The notes below the pieces were generated by a model. The model saw only the letters and a list, made by a program, of their open reading frames with translations, made no database searches and was not told where the DNA came from. Below, in pieces: positions 30,264 through 38,455 of a stretch of DNA of 50,265 bases (positions are counted from its first letter, which is position 1; every line of letters starts with the position of its first letter). Made by a program: the position numbers and the translations under genes. The DNA is from an uncultured delta proteobacterium (GTDB lineage Bacteria; Bdellovibrionota_C; UBA2361; OMII01), in assembly GCA_903920005.1 (NCBI GenBank), contig CAIXKI010000098.1, forward strand, positions 1 through 50,265, in the 5' to 3' direction.

Positions 30264-32141
30264 ATGAATGATTCTCGTTTAGCACTCGTGGTTTTGGCTC
30301 CCTTAATCGGAGCGGTCCTGACCTACATTTTGGGAAAATCAAGCCAGAAAATTTCCGGCGTTATCGCTTCAGCTGCAGTGATTGTTTCTTTTCTCTGTGT
30401 TGGGTCGCTTTGGGCTGAGCTTCCAACGGCCGGTTCGTTTGGCGTCACGTTGAGTTCGTGGCTCTCGTTCGGTGGAATCAGCCTTCCCTTAGAATTGTAC
30501 TTTGACAAGTTATCGGCGGTAATGTGCCTCGTGGTAACTGGTATTGGCGCGCTTATTCACATCTACTCCATCGGATACATGGCTGAAGATGAGAGCCGTC
30601 CGAGATTCTTTTCATACCTAAACCTCTTCATTGCCGCGATGTTGGTGCTCGTCCTGGGCAAGTCTTTGCCTACAATCTTCATCGGATGGGAAGGGGTGGG
30701 ACTCTGTTCCTACCTTCTGATCGGCTTCTGGTATACCAACCCAGAATTCGCCTCCGCTGGTCGCAAAGCATTTGTGATGAATCGGATCGGCGACGTCGGG
30801 TTTATCGTAGCGATGGCCGTTCTCTACCACTCCTGTGGTTCGCTTGATATTACGGTTCTTGGCAAGCCTGAGATTCTGGCTCGAATTCCGGCGGAACTTG
30901 GGTTCATCGCAGGTATCGCTCTCTTTGTCGCCGCGACTGGAAAGTCCGCGCAGTTGCCGCTCTTTACATGGCTTCCGGACGCGATGGCCGGACCTACACC
31001 GGTCTCCGCGCTCATTCACGCGGCAACGATGGTTACCGCTGGTGTGTATCTCATGGCGAGGATGCACGGTGTTGTTGAACTCGATTCGGCTGTGCCAGCG
31101 GTGATCCTTTGGACCGCGCTCGCGACCTCCGCAATAGCCGCGATCATCGCGATGAGTCAGAACGACATCAAGAAGGTGTTGGCGTACTCAACGGTGAGTC
31201 AGCTCGGTTTTATGTTCATCGCGGTGGGAGTTGGGGCATACGGATTCGCGCTCTTTCACGTCGTAACACACGCGTTCTTTAAAGCGTGCCTTTTCCTCAG
31301 TGCGGGTTCCGTCATTCACGGGTGCCATCACGAGCAAGATATGCGTCGAATGGGCGGCTTGGCGAAGAGTATGCCGCTGACCTGTTTCGCGTATGGTGTG
31401 TCTACTATCGCTATCGCGGGCATCCCGCCGTTCTCAGGATACTTTTCTAAGCATGGCATTCTTGATGCTATTCCGCTGACGGGTAATTCATACCTTCAGC
31501 CGTGGCTCGGAGTGATAGGTTTGATCGCTACTGGCATCACGGTGCTTACAGCTTTCTATATGTTCCGATCCTTTATCTTGACCTTCATGGGAGAGTATCG
31601 AGGCCACGAACATCCACACGAGGCTCCGATGGTCATGACCGCGCCGGTGTTGATGCTCGCGGTGCTTGCGGTTGTTGGGGGAGCCTTTCTTAGTCCCATC
31701 TTTTTGCCGTACCTGACTGGACCTCTTCCGAAAGTTGCTCATCACGCTGCCACGCATCCAGGGATACTTGGCTATATACTCGGATCCCTTCCTGCATTGG
31801 TGGGCATAGCGGCCGCGTTCTGGCTCTTTCTTATCAGCCCGGCGGCGAAGGAGTTCTTCCGAAAGGTATTTTTGCCGGTTGGAAAGTTATCGGAAGGAAA
31901 GTTCTTTGTTGACGAAATATATGAAATTTCTGTGCTTACTCCTCTTCAAAAAGTCTCAAATGTTTCGGGTAGGATCATTGATCAGTCGTTCTTTCTAGGT
32001 GGAGGTGAGGCGCTCGGTAAGATAAGTAGAGCTCTAGGGGAGCTCACCGCGCGCGTCACAACTGGGCAAGTTGGCACGTACGTTCTTTTCATGTTTTGCG
32101 CGGCAGCGCTGTTTGTTTATTTCTTTCTCCCGGTGAGGTAG
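30264..32141 (+). CDS. nuoL: NADH:quinone oxidoreductase subunit L
   Basis: IHIYSIGYM, FIGWEGVGLCSYLLIGFW, GKSAQLPL.TWLPDAMAGPTPVSALIHAATMVTAGVY and DIKKVLAYSTVSQLG. Confidence 0.96.
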   Translation: MNDSRLALVVLAPLIGAVLTYILGKSSQKISGVIASAAVIVSFLCVGSLWAELPTAGSFGVTLSSWLSFGGISLPLELYFDKLSAVMCLVVTGIGALIHIYSIGYMAEDESRPRFFSYLNLFIAAMLVLVLGKSLPTIFIGWEGVGLCSYLLIGFWYTNPEFASAGRKAFVMNRIGDVGFIVAMAVLYHSCGSLDITVLGKPEILARIPAELGFIAGIALFVAATGKSAQLPLFTWLPDAMAGPTPVSALIHAATMVTAGVYLMARMHGVVELDSAVPAVILWTALATSAIAAIIAMSQNDIKKVLAYSTVSQLGFMFIAVGVGAYGFALFHVVTHAFFKACLFLSAGSVIHGCHHEQDMRRMGGLAKSMPLTCFAYGVSTIAIAGIPPFSGYFSKHGILDAIPLTGNSYLQPWLGVIGLIATGITVLTAFYMFRSFILTFMGEYRGHEHPHEAPMVMTAPVLMLAVLAVVGGAFLSPIFLPYLTGPLPKVAHHAATHPGILGYILGSLPALVGIAAAFWLFLISPAAKEFFRKVFLPVGKLSEGKFFVDEIYEISVLTPLQKVSNVSGRIIDQSFFLGGGEALGKISRALGELTARVTTGQVGTYVLFMFCAAALFVYFFLPVR

Positions 32142-32145
32142 TCCG

Positions 32146-33696
32146 ATGCCAATAGCGTGGCCTCCATTAAGCTCTTTAATCATCATCCCGGCGGTAGGTG
32201 CTTTGGGATGCTGTGCTCCGTTCTTCTCAAAGAAAATGGATCCGAACGGTAAGCTCTCTCGACTCTGGTCGATAGGTATAGCGATTCTTACCCTCGTTGT
32301 TCTCGCGGCTCTTGCTCGTGGGGCTACAATAGCGCCGGGTTCCGTGCTTGCTCTGGAGGAGGCGCGTAGTTGGATTCCGTCCCTCGGTATCTCCTATCAT
32401 CTAGAGCTTGATGGGCTCTCTTTCGCCTTCTGTCTTCTTACCGCGATTATTTCGCTTGCCGTAATTGCATGGTCAGCAAAACCGCAAAGTGCTGGGGCAG
32501 GGTGGTATTCGTTGCTTCTCCTGGGAGAGGCGCTGGTCATGGGCGCGTTTCTAGCCACAGATCTCGTGCTCTTCTATGTTTTTTTTGAGGCGATGCTCTT
32601 ACCAGTGCTTGGAGCGATGGCGTTGTGGGGCGGGCCGAAACGCTTGAATGCCGCTCTCAAGTTCTTGGTGTACACGATGGCTGGTTCGGCTCTCATGTTC
32701 CTTTCGATTTTGTACCTTGGGTGGCTCGGAAACTCATCAGCTCCAGGTGTTGTCGATGCCTTTAGTTTCGAGATTACAAACCTCGCCAGTAAGAGGCTTC
32801 TCAATAACAGTCAGGAGATGATCCTCGGTATCGCGTTTCTCTTAGCCTTCGCTATCAAAACGCCTATCGTTCCGTTTCATGGTTGGTTGCCTGATACGTA
32901 TCGTGAAGCTCCTCACGGGGTGGCTGCGTTTACCGCGGCTCTGCTCGGGAAGGTCGGTATCTACGCGATCCTTCGGTTTATGTGGCCGCTCTTTCCGACA
33001 TTCATGGTGGAGGCTGGTCCTTATATCGCGGCGCTCGGCGCGGTATCGGTAGTATTCGGAGCGCTTGTGGCGATGGCCCAGAGGGATATTCGCTCACTTC
33101 TCGCTTATTCGTCGATCTCGCATCTCGGATTCTGTGTCTTAGGTCTCGCCAGCCTCTCTTCGATGGCGATGACGGGGTCTATATTCCTCGCCTTTAGCCA
33201 CGGAATCATTACCGCGGCGCTGTTCCTTACGTTCGGCATGATTATTGATCGTCAAGGTGTCCGAGATTTCGACAGCCTCGGTGGTCTCGCGAAGGTGGTG
33301 CCCGTATCGGCATTCTTCCTGATGGTGTTCAGCGTAGCCGCGGTGGCGCTTCCCCTTACAAGTAGCTTTGTAGGCGAGTTCTTGATCCTCATGGGTTCAT
33401 GGAAGGCATTTCCACAGTGGACCTCTCTAGCGCTTATCGGAGTTGTGCTCGGCGCGGTGTATACCTTGACCGCGTATTTAAAGACCATGTTCGGCGGAAT
33501 GCGTGCGTCAACCCCAGCGCTCGGTCGTGATATCAGGGGATGCGACGCGATGATCCTTACGGCGCTCGCCGCGATCGTGGTAGCTCTTGGAGTTTTTCCA
33601 GGGAGACTTCTCGACACTATCTCCTCGGCGGTCCCCATGCAGGCCGCAGGCTCAGAGGTCGCTGATAACAATTTAGGTCAAGGATTCGTAAGGTAA
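32146..33696 (+). CDS. nuoM: NADH:quinone oxidoreductase subunit M
   Basis: DLVLFYVFFEAML.P, KFLVYT.AGS, AFAIK.P.VPFHGWLPD, LAYSSISHLG and FVGEFLIL.G. Confidence 0.95.
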   Translation: MPIAWPPLSSLIIIPAVGALGCCAPFFSKKMDPNGKLSRLWSIGIAILTLVVLAALARGATIAPGSVLALEEARSWIPSLGISYHLELDGLSFAFCLLTAIISLAVIAWSAKPQSAGAGWYSLLLLGEALVMGAFLATDLVLFYVFFEAMLLPVLGAMALWGGPKRLNAALKFLVYTMAGSALMFLSILYLGWLGNSSAPGVVDAFSFEITNLASKRLLNNSQEMILGIAFLLAFAIKTPIVPFHGWLPDTYREAPHGVAAFTAALLGKVGIYAILRFMWPLFPTFMVEAGPYIAALGAVSVVFGALVAMAQRDIRSLLAYSSISHLGFCVLGLASLSSMAMTGSIFLAFSHGIITAALFLTFGMIIDRQGVRDFDSLGGLAKVVPVSAFFLMVFSVAAVALPLTSSFVGEFLILMGSWKAFPQWTSLALIGVVLGAVYTLTAYLKTMFGGMRASTPALGRDIRGCDAMILTALAAIVVALGVFPGRLLDTISSAVPMQAAGSEVADNNLGQGFVR

Positions 33697-33701
33697 TCAC
33701 C

Positions 33702-35114
33702 ATGAGTGCTCTTGCTCCATTCGCTCCGATTCTCACTCTTTCGTTGGGTAGCCTTGGGTACCTGGTGTCAGGCAAGCTCCTTGAGTCGAACAAGAGCTCT
33801 TCGCTTTTCGCGATGGCGCTCATCGGTATCGCCGCCTATTTAACCTTTGGCCTAGTTCCATCATCGATAGCGATTGAACACGGACTTATCGTTAATTCGT
33901 TTACGCGGTTCTTCGGTGCTCTCGCGTGTATCGGAGCCTTACTCAGTATCGTCGCTACGTCCGGATCTGTGGGAGGCGAGAAGATAGGGATGCTACGGGA
34001 GTATTACTTCCTGATGATCACCTCTCTGTGTGGCGCTTTGGTGATGATCTATGCTTCCGATTTTCTCACTCTCTTTATCGGAATAGAGGTCGCCTCTCTT
34101 GCCCTCTATTGTTTGTGCGGGGCGCAGGTCACCAAGAGAGCCTCGTCAGAGGCTTCTTTGAAGTACTTCCTTCTTGGATGCGTAAGCTCCGCCTTTATGT
34201 TGTACGGCATCGCCCTTTGGTACGGCGCTACGGGAACATTGATGATATCCAAGATTCCGTCATCGGCCGGAACGATAGCGATTGTTTCATTCCTTTTCAT
34301 GATTGTGGGGTTGGCGTTTAAGTTGGGATTAGCTCCCTTTCACTTCTGGGTGCCGGATGTATATCAAGGCGCTCCAACGTCAGTGACGACTTTCATGAGT
34401 TGTGTGATTAAAGTAGCGGCTTTCGCGGCGCTCTTTAAAGTGACCCTTTCGGCCTTCTTTCTTCCAAATGAGTGGTCAGTTGGAGTTCTCTGGGTTATCG
34501 CGGTGCTCGCCATGACGATAGGTAATTTGGCCGCGCTCCAGCAGAGGAGTGTTAAGCGATTACTCGCGTACTCAAGCGTCGCTCAAGCAGGATATATGAT
34601 GATAGGGTTGGTAGCTCTCCAAAACGATCCGAGCGTTCTCGCGTCGTCGGTATTCTACTTGGTGTCGTATTGCGCCATGACTATCGGCGCGTTTAGTGTG
34701 CTCTCGGCTGTCGGTCCTGATGCTGACGATCTGCAAGATCTCAAGGGGCTTGTGAAGCGAAGTCCATTCCTAGCGATATGTATGACGCTCTTCTTCCTTG
34801 GTCTTGCGGGGCTTCCTCCAAGCTTGGCTGGTTTGATGGGTAAGGTATACCTTTTCTCTGGCGCCCTTGCGTCGGGCTGTTACGGACTCGCAATTGTCGC
34901 GGTCTTAAACTCCGCTCTCGCGTGTGCGTACTACTTTCGTGTTCCGGCAGCGATGTTGTTTCAGCCGCCGGCCACGGAAATAAGGGTTTCAGTGACGCCG
35001 CAGGCCGTGGTATCGATTGCGGTGTGTGCTATTGCGGTGGTAGGGCTTGGTGTATATCCGGAGCCATTACTAAAGGCTGTGGAGGCCGTAGCAGCTGTTT
35101 TGCTAGCTCGGTAG
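33702..35114 (+). CDS. nuoN: NADH:quinone oxidoreductase subunit N
   Basis: SEASLKYFLLG, FKLGLAPFHFWVPDVYQGAPT, GNLAAL.Q.SVKRLLAYSS.AQAGY and LAGLPP. Confidence 0.95.
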   Translation: MSALAPFAPILTLSLGSLGYLVSGKLLESNKSSSLFAMALIGIAAYLTFGLVPSSIAIEHGLIVNSFTRFFGALACIGALLSIVATSGSVGGEKIGMLREYYFLMITSLCGALVMIYASDFLTLFIGIEVASLALYCLCGAQVTKRASSEASLKYFLLGCVSSAFMLYGIALWYGATGTLMISKIPSSAGTIAIVSFLFMIVGLAFKLGLAPFHFWVPDVYQGAPTSVTTFMSCVIKVAAFAALFKVTLSAFFLPNEWSVGVLWVIAVLAMTIGNLAALQQRSVKRLLAYSSVAQAGYMMIGLVALQNDPSVLASSVFYLVSYCAMTIGAFSVLSAVGPDADDLQDLKGLVKRSPFLAICMTLFFLGLAGLPPSLAGLMGKVYLFSGALASGCYGLAIVAVLNSALACAYYFRVPAAMLFQPPATEIRVSVTPQAVVSIAVCAIAVVGLGVYPEPLLKAVEAVAAVLLAR

Positions 35115-35195
35115 TTCCAGCCATTGTATCGAAATGCACGACGGTACTTTTTCATCGACCTGTCAGCGAACATACGCCTGTTGAAGGAGCTTTAC

Positions 35196-35522
35196 ATGTT
35201 TTCAAATACTCTTCGTGTGTGTTTTTTTATGCTAACCCTCGGCCTGATTGGATGTGGTGATGGCGGTTCCGGAGATGGACTCTGGGACGAGGAGGAGAAA
35301 AATGCGGCGATAGAGCTTTCTACCTCATGCGTTCCCACCGAAAGTAAGTATCAAGATTATCAACCTCCGGCTGGATGTGAGTGCGCTGCGAGTTGGTCGT
35401 ACCACGGATACGAATACTGTGGTGTTTGTGGAAAACCTGATTTCGACTCGCGTGGCCCGTGGTGTAAGACAAATGGCCCTTGTGGGGATAAGACTTGGGC
35501 TTACTGTACTTTACCTTCTTAA
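35196..35522 (+). CDS. Small Cys-rich lipoprotein with a fibronectin type II/kringle-like C-terminal module
   Basis: AAGGAG then ATG 35196, lipobox LIGC, and C-terminal CECAASWSYHGYEYCGVC...GPWCKT...C...WAYC. Confidence 0.75.
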   Translation: MFSNTLRVCFFMLTLGLIGCGDGGSGDGLWDEEEKNAAIELSTSCVPTESKYQDYQPPAGCECAASWSYHGYEYCGVCGKPDFDSRGPWCKTNGPCGDKTWAYCTLPS

Positions 35523-35694
35523 TTCGGCGCGGACCCCACGGTCCTGACGGGTTGCGGCAAGCCGGCTAGGCCGCCGGCCCTCCAGATACGACCATTGGGG
35601 GTTAGAACGAATCGCATAATTATCGAGGGGGCGAATGGAGTGGTGGCGGCCTCGGCCGCATGTACGACGGTCGTTGGGAACGATTTCCTCAGGA

Positions 35695-36186
35695 TTAACG
35701 CGGCTGATTGTCTGAAAGCGTTAGCCATTGGAGAACGGCCTTTCCCTCTCGAGAGAGCTGTTCTGGTGCAACGTCTTTGAGAATCTTCAAAGCAGATTCC
35801 TTATCCCCACTCAATGTATAGGTCGCCGCGAGCTCCTCTTTGACTCGCGGGTCTGTTGGTAAGAGCTCTTCCGCTTGAGTGAGGTAGTGCCGAGCGGCCG
35901 AGGCATCGCTTTTTTTAAGAAAACACCGACCAAGCAGAAGGTAGCTCTCGCCAAGGAGTTCTAATCGCGGACCTGCAAGGGTTTGTAGAGCGAGAGCTTC
36001 AGCGTATGCGCGGGCTATATTTTCACGAGCGAGCGATTCCTCCGCCAGTCGCCTGCGTCCCCCGATCCAATTGGGGAATCGTTGGATCAGGGAGAGGAGC
36101 TCGTGCTCGCTATCATGAGAACCATGAGGCCTTACAGACCAGAGAAGCTCTAGTCCTGTATTTCTAATACGTTCGAACAGTCCCAC
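35695..36186 (-). CDS. Tetratricopeptide-repeat protein
   Basis: GTG start. TPR-like helices SYLLLGRCFLKKSDASAARHYLTQAEELLPTDP and LAATYTLSGDKESAL. Confidence 0.75.
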   Translation of the reverse strand: MGLFERIRNTGLELLWSVRPHGSHDSEHELLSLIQRFPNWIGGRRRLAEESLARENIARAYAEALALQTLAGPRLELLGESYLLLGRCFLKKSDASAARHYLTQAEELLPTDPRVKEELAATYTLSGDKESALKILKDVAPEQLSREGKAVLQWLTLSDNQPR

Positions 36187-36204
36187 GCCGTATGAAGGGG
36201 CGTT

Positions 36205-36480
36205 TTAGTGAGAAGCTTCGTGAGAGTCGATGCCAGAGTTGGACTCTGCTTCGATCGTCAACGTGAGCTTCTGTCGGTCATCTGTCACACGAGAAGGGAG
36301 GGATGATTGAGCAACTCGAAGCTCTTTCATTTGCTCCGCGAATGCTTTATCGCGAGCTTGAGCACCGCCCATGACGGTGTTGTCCGCCCAAAAGAGGAAT
36401 GTGCATAGAGCAAGCGCCGCTGCCCCCGCACAAAGGAGCCATGTAATTCCGCCCTGAGCTTCGCTAGTGTTGGTTTCCAT
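36205..36480 (-). CDS. Small hypothetical single-pass membrane protein
   Basis: ATG 36480 (METNTS...), one hydrophobic helix (ITWLLCAGAAALALCTFLFWA), co-oriented with the TPR gene. Confidence 0.6.
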   Translation of the reverse strand: METNTSEAQGGITWLLCAGAAALALCTFLFWADNTVMGGAQARDKAFAEQMKELRVAQSSLPSRVTDDRQKLTLTIEAESNSGIDSHEASH

Positions 36481-36754
36481 AAGTGACCTATCTTTCTGAA
36501 AGTGCACGGAGTGTATACCTCATAGTGCCGTTCCGGCAAGGCTCTTCCATGCGACGTTTTTATCCATGAAGCGAGGGGTGGCGGGCAAATAAATACTGTA
36601 AAACCAGATGCTTGGTGTTGTCTGGACAGGAGATCTGTAATCTCCTTACCAAGAAGCGTACTCTGTAGGGACACACCCTTGAGTCAGAGCCCTGGTATGC
36701 GTACTCTTATGGGCCCCCTAAAAAGGGTAGCGGTAGTATAAGGAACCTGCGCTT

Positions 36755-37324
36755 ATGATGTTATCAGATGAGGATATTAAGAATGTAATTAATCGGGGCG
36801 ATCTTAAGATTTCTCCGTATTCCTCCAAGTGGGTGCGCTCCTCCGGAATAGTCATGCACCTTGGCGCGGAGCTTTTGAAGCCCCGCGCGGGATACGTGGT
36901 TGACGTAACGAAGCCGGAGCCGCCTCCTTACGACCTTATCACTATCACCCAAGAGAAGCCGTACTTGCTTCAACCAGGAGAGTTTCTCCTCGGACACACC
37001 TATCAGAGTGTCACCGTCGGCTCAAATTTGGGATTCATGATAGAGGGTCGCAGCACGCTCGCTCGTGTTGGGCTCACGATCGTGCAAACCGCGATGATGG
37101 TGTATCCAGGACATCGGGATCGTCCAGTTACCCTGGAGCTTGCTAACCACGGTCCGAATCCGATCCTCTTGTATCCAAAGATGAAGATCGCTCGTGTGGT
37201 GCTTTTCGAGTTAAAGAGCCCGAGCAGGGAGAACTACGATGATAGGGGCAAGTATCGCATTCAACAGTCGGTAGGGTTGCCAATCTTTAATAACGAGCTC
37301 ATGAGTGACGATGAGCTTGAATAG
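36755..37324 (+). CDS. dcd: dCTP deaminase-family (trimeric dUTPase superfamily) protein
   Basis: MLSD.DI, L.PGEFLLGHT, IEGRSTLARVGL, TLELAN.G..PI.LYP.MKIA and Y...GKY..Q. Confidence 0.82.
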   Translation: MMLSDEDIKNVINRGDLKISPYSSKWVRSSGIVMHLGAELLKPRAGYVVDVTKPEPPPYDLITITQEKPYLLQPGEFLLGHTYQSVTVGSNLGFMIEGRSTLARVGLTIVQTAMMVYPGHRDRPVTLELANHGPNPILLYPKMKIARVVLFELKSPSRENYDDRGKYRIQQSVGLPIFNNELMSDDELE

Positions 37325-37336
37325 GGGTCTCCGCGC

Positions 37337-38455
37337 GTGACCGACAATTCGACCGAGATAGAGGCCACGGCAGGCTACATACCTCTGCGTTCCGTCGTTG
37401 AGGTGGCTGTGCGTTTGAAGGATCACCGAAAGGAGAGGGTCTTTGTTGTTGGTGGTTTCGTTCGCGATCTTCTTCTCCATCGTGTGATAGGTGATTTCGA
37501 CGTTGATCTTGTGGTCGAGGGGGATGGTCTTGGTTTCGCCCGAGAGCTTCGTTCAGCTCTCGGTGGAGAGCTTCGTGAGCATCCAAGTTTTCTTACCGCG
37601 AAATTGATAGCCCCGTTTCATCCAGTGCGGGGAGACGCGCCGTTCTTAAGTGAGGTAGATATAGCGACATCTCGAAAAGAGGAGTACGCAAGACCAGGGG
37701 CGTTGCCCGTGGTGACGCCAACATCTATCGAGCATGACCTGTGGCGTCGAGATTTCTCCACGAATGCCCTTGCGCTTCCTCTTGAGGTGTATCGGGAATT
37801 TCTGGATGGTGTCGTGGCGCAAGAGGATCTCTCTTCTCGTATCGTCGATCCGTGCGGGGGCCTCTCCGATCTTAAGAGCAACGAGATTCGAATCCTTCAT
37901 CCGAAGAGTTTTGTGGACGATCCTACTCGCCTCTTCAGGGCGGTGCGTTATGCAGTTCGACTATCGTTTCACTTCGATAAGGGGACATTATCCGGATTTT
38001 ACGATGCGGTGCGATGTGGGGTTGTGGCGACGCTAACGCCACGTCGAATCTGGAATGAGGTTGTGGTCGCGCTCGAAGAGCCGAGTCCCTCTGAAGTTAT
38101 TCAAGAGTTTATTGAGCGTGGTTTATTGAGTCACCTTGCTATCGTCCCGGCAGACCAAGAGGATTATGTTGTGGCAGCTCTTGAGCGAATCGAGAAACAA
38201 AGGTCACTTGTGAGTCCCGGTCAATTCAGAGAAGCGGCGAAGTTGATTGTTCTCGCGGGAATGCTCCAAGGAGGGCGGGAAGATGTGGCGCAGGCTACGA
38301 GTGAGGGTGGGAAAAAGATTAAAGCGGCGGCTCGAGTCGTAGAAGCGAAGACACTTCCAGGTGTTAATCCGTCCGATGATGAGGCGCTCGCGCTCTATGG
38401 GTTTCACGGGAGCGCCGATTTCTTGCGCACCATAGATCGAAAGGTTTCGGCATGA
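37337..38455 (+). CDS. tRNA nucleotidyltransferase (class II, CCA- or A-adding type)
   Basis: VGGFVRDLLL, DVD metal-binding motif, DIATSR.EEY..PGALP, DL.RRDFSTNALA, DP.GGL.DL and SFVDDPTR.FRA.R. Confidence 0.9.
   Translation: MTDNSTEIEATAGYIPLRSVVEVAVRLKDHRKERVFVVGGFVRDLLLHRVIGDFDVDLVVEGDGLGFARELRSALGGELREHPSFLTAKLIAPFHPVRGDAPFLSEVDIATSRKEEYARPGALPVVTPTSIEHDLWRRDFSTNALALPLEVYREFLDGVVAQEDLSSRIVDPCGGLSDLKSNEIRILHPKSFVDDPTRLFRAVRYAVRLSFHFDKGTLSGFYDAVRCGVVATLTPRRIWNEVVVALEEPSPSEVIQEFIERGLLSHLAIVPADQEDYVVAALERIEKQRSLVSPGQFREAAKLIVLAGMLQGGREDVAQATSEGGKKIKAAARVVEAKTLPGVNPSDDEALALYGFHGSADFLRTIDRKVSA

Noticed and set aside
35523-35600. - strand GCCGCAACCCGUCAGGACCG resembling the 5' side of SRP (4.5S) RNA helix 8
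   Set aside because: The required GGAA loop and GG(A/U)AGCAGC 3' strand are absent (it reads GUGGGGUCCGCG). More likely GC-rich hairpins between convergent genes. An Rfam search would settle it.
35519-35728. 69-aa - strand ORF after the TPR gene
   Set aside because: It overlaps the TPR gene's 3' end, has no motif, and crosses a hairpin-rich convergent gap.
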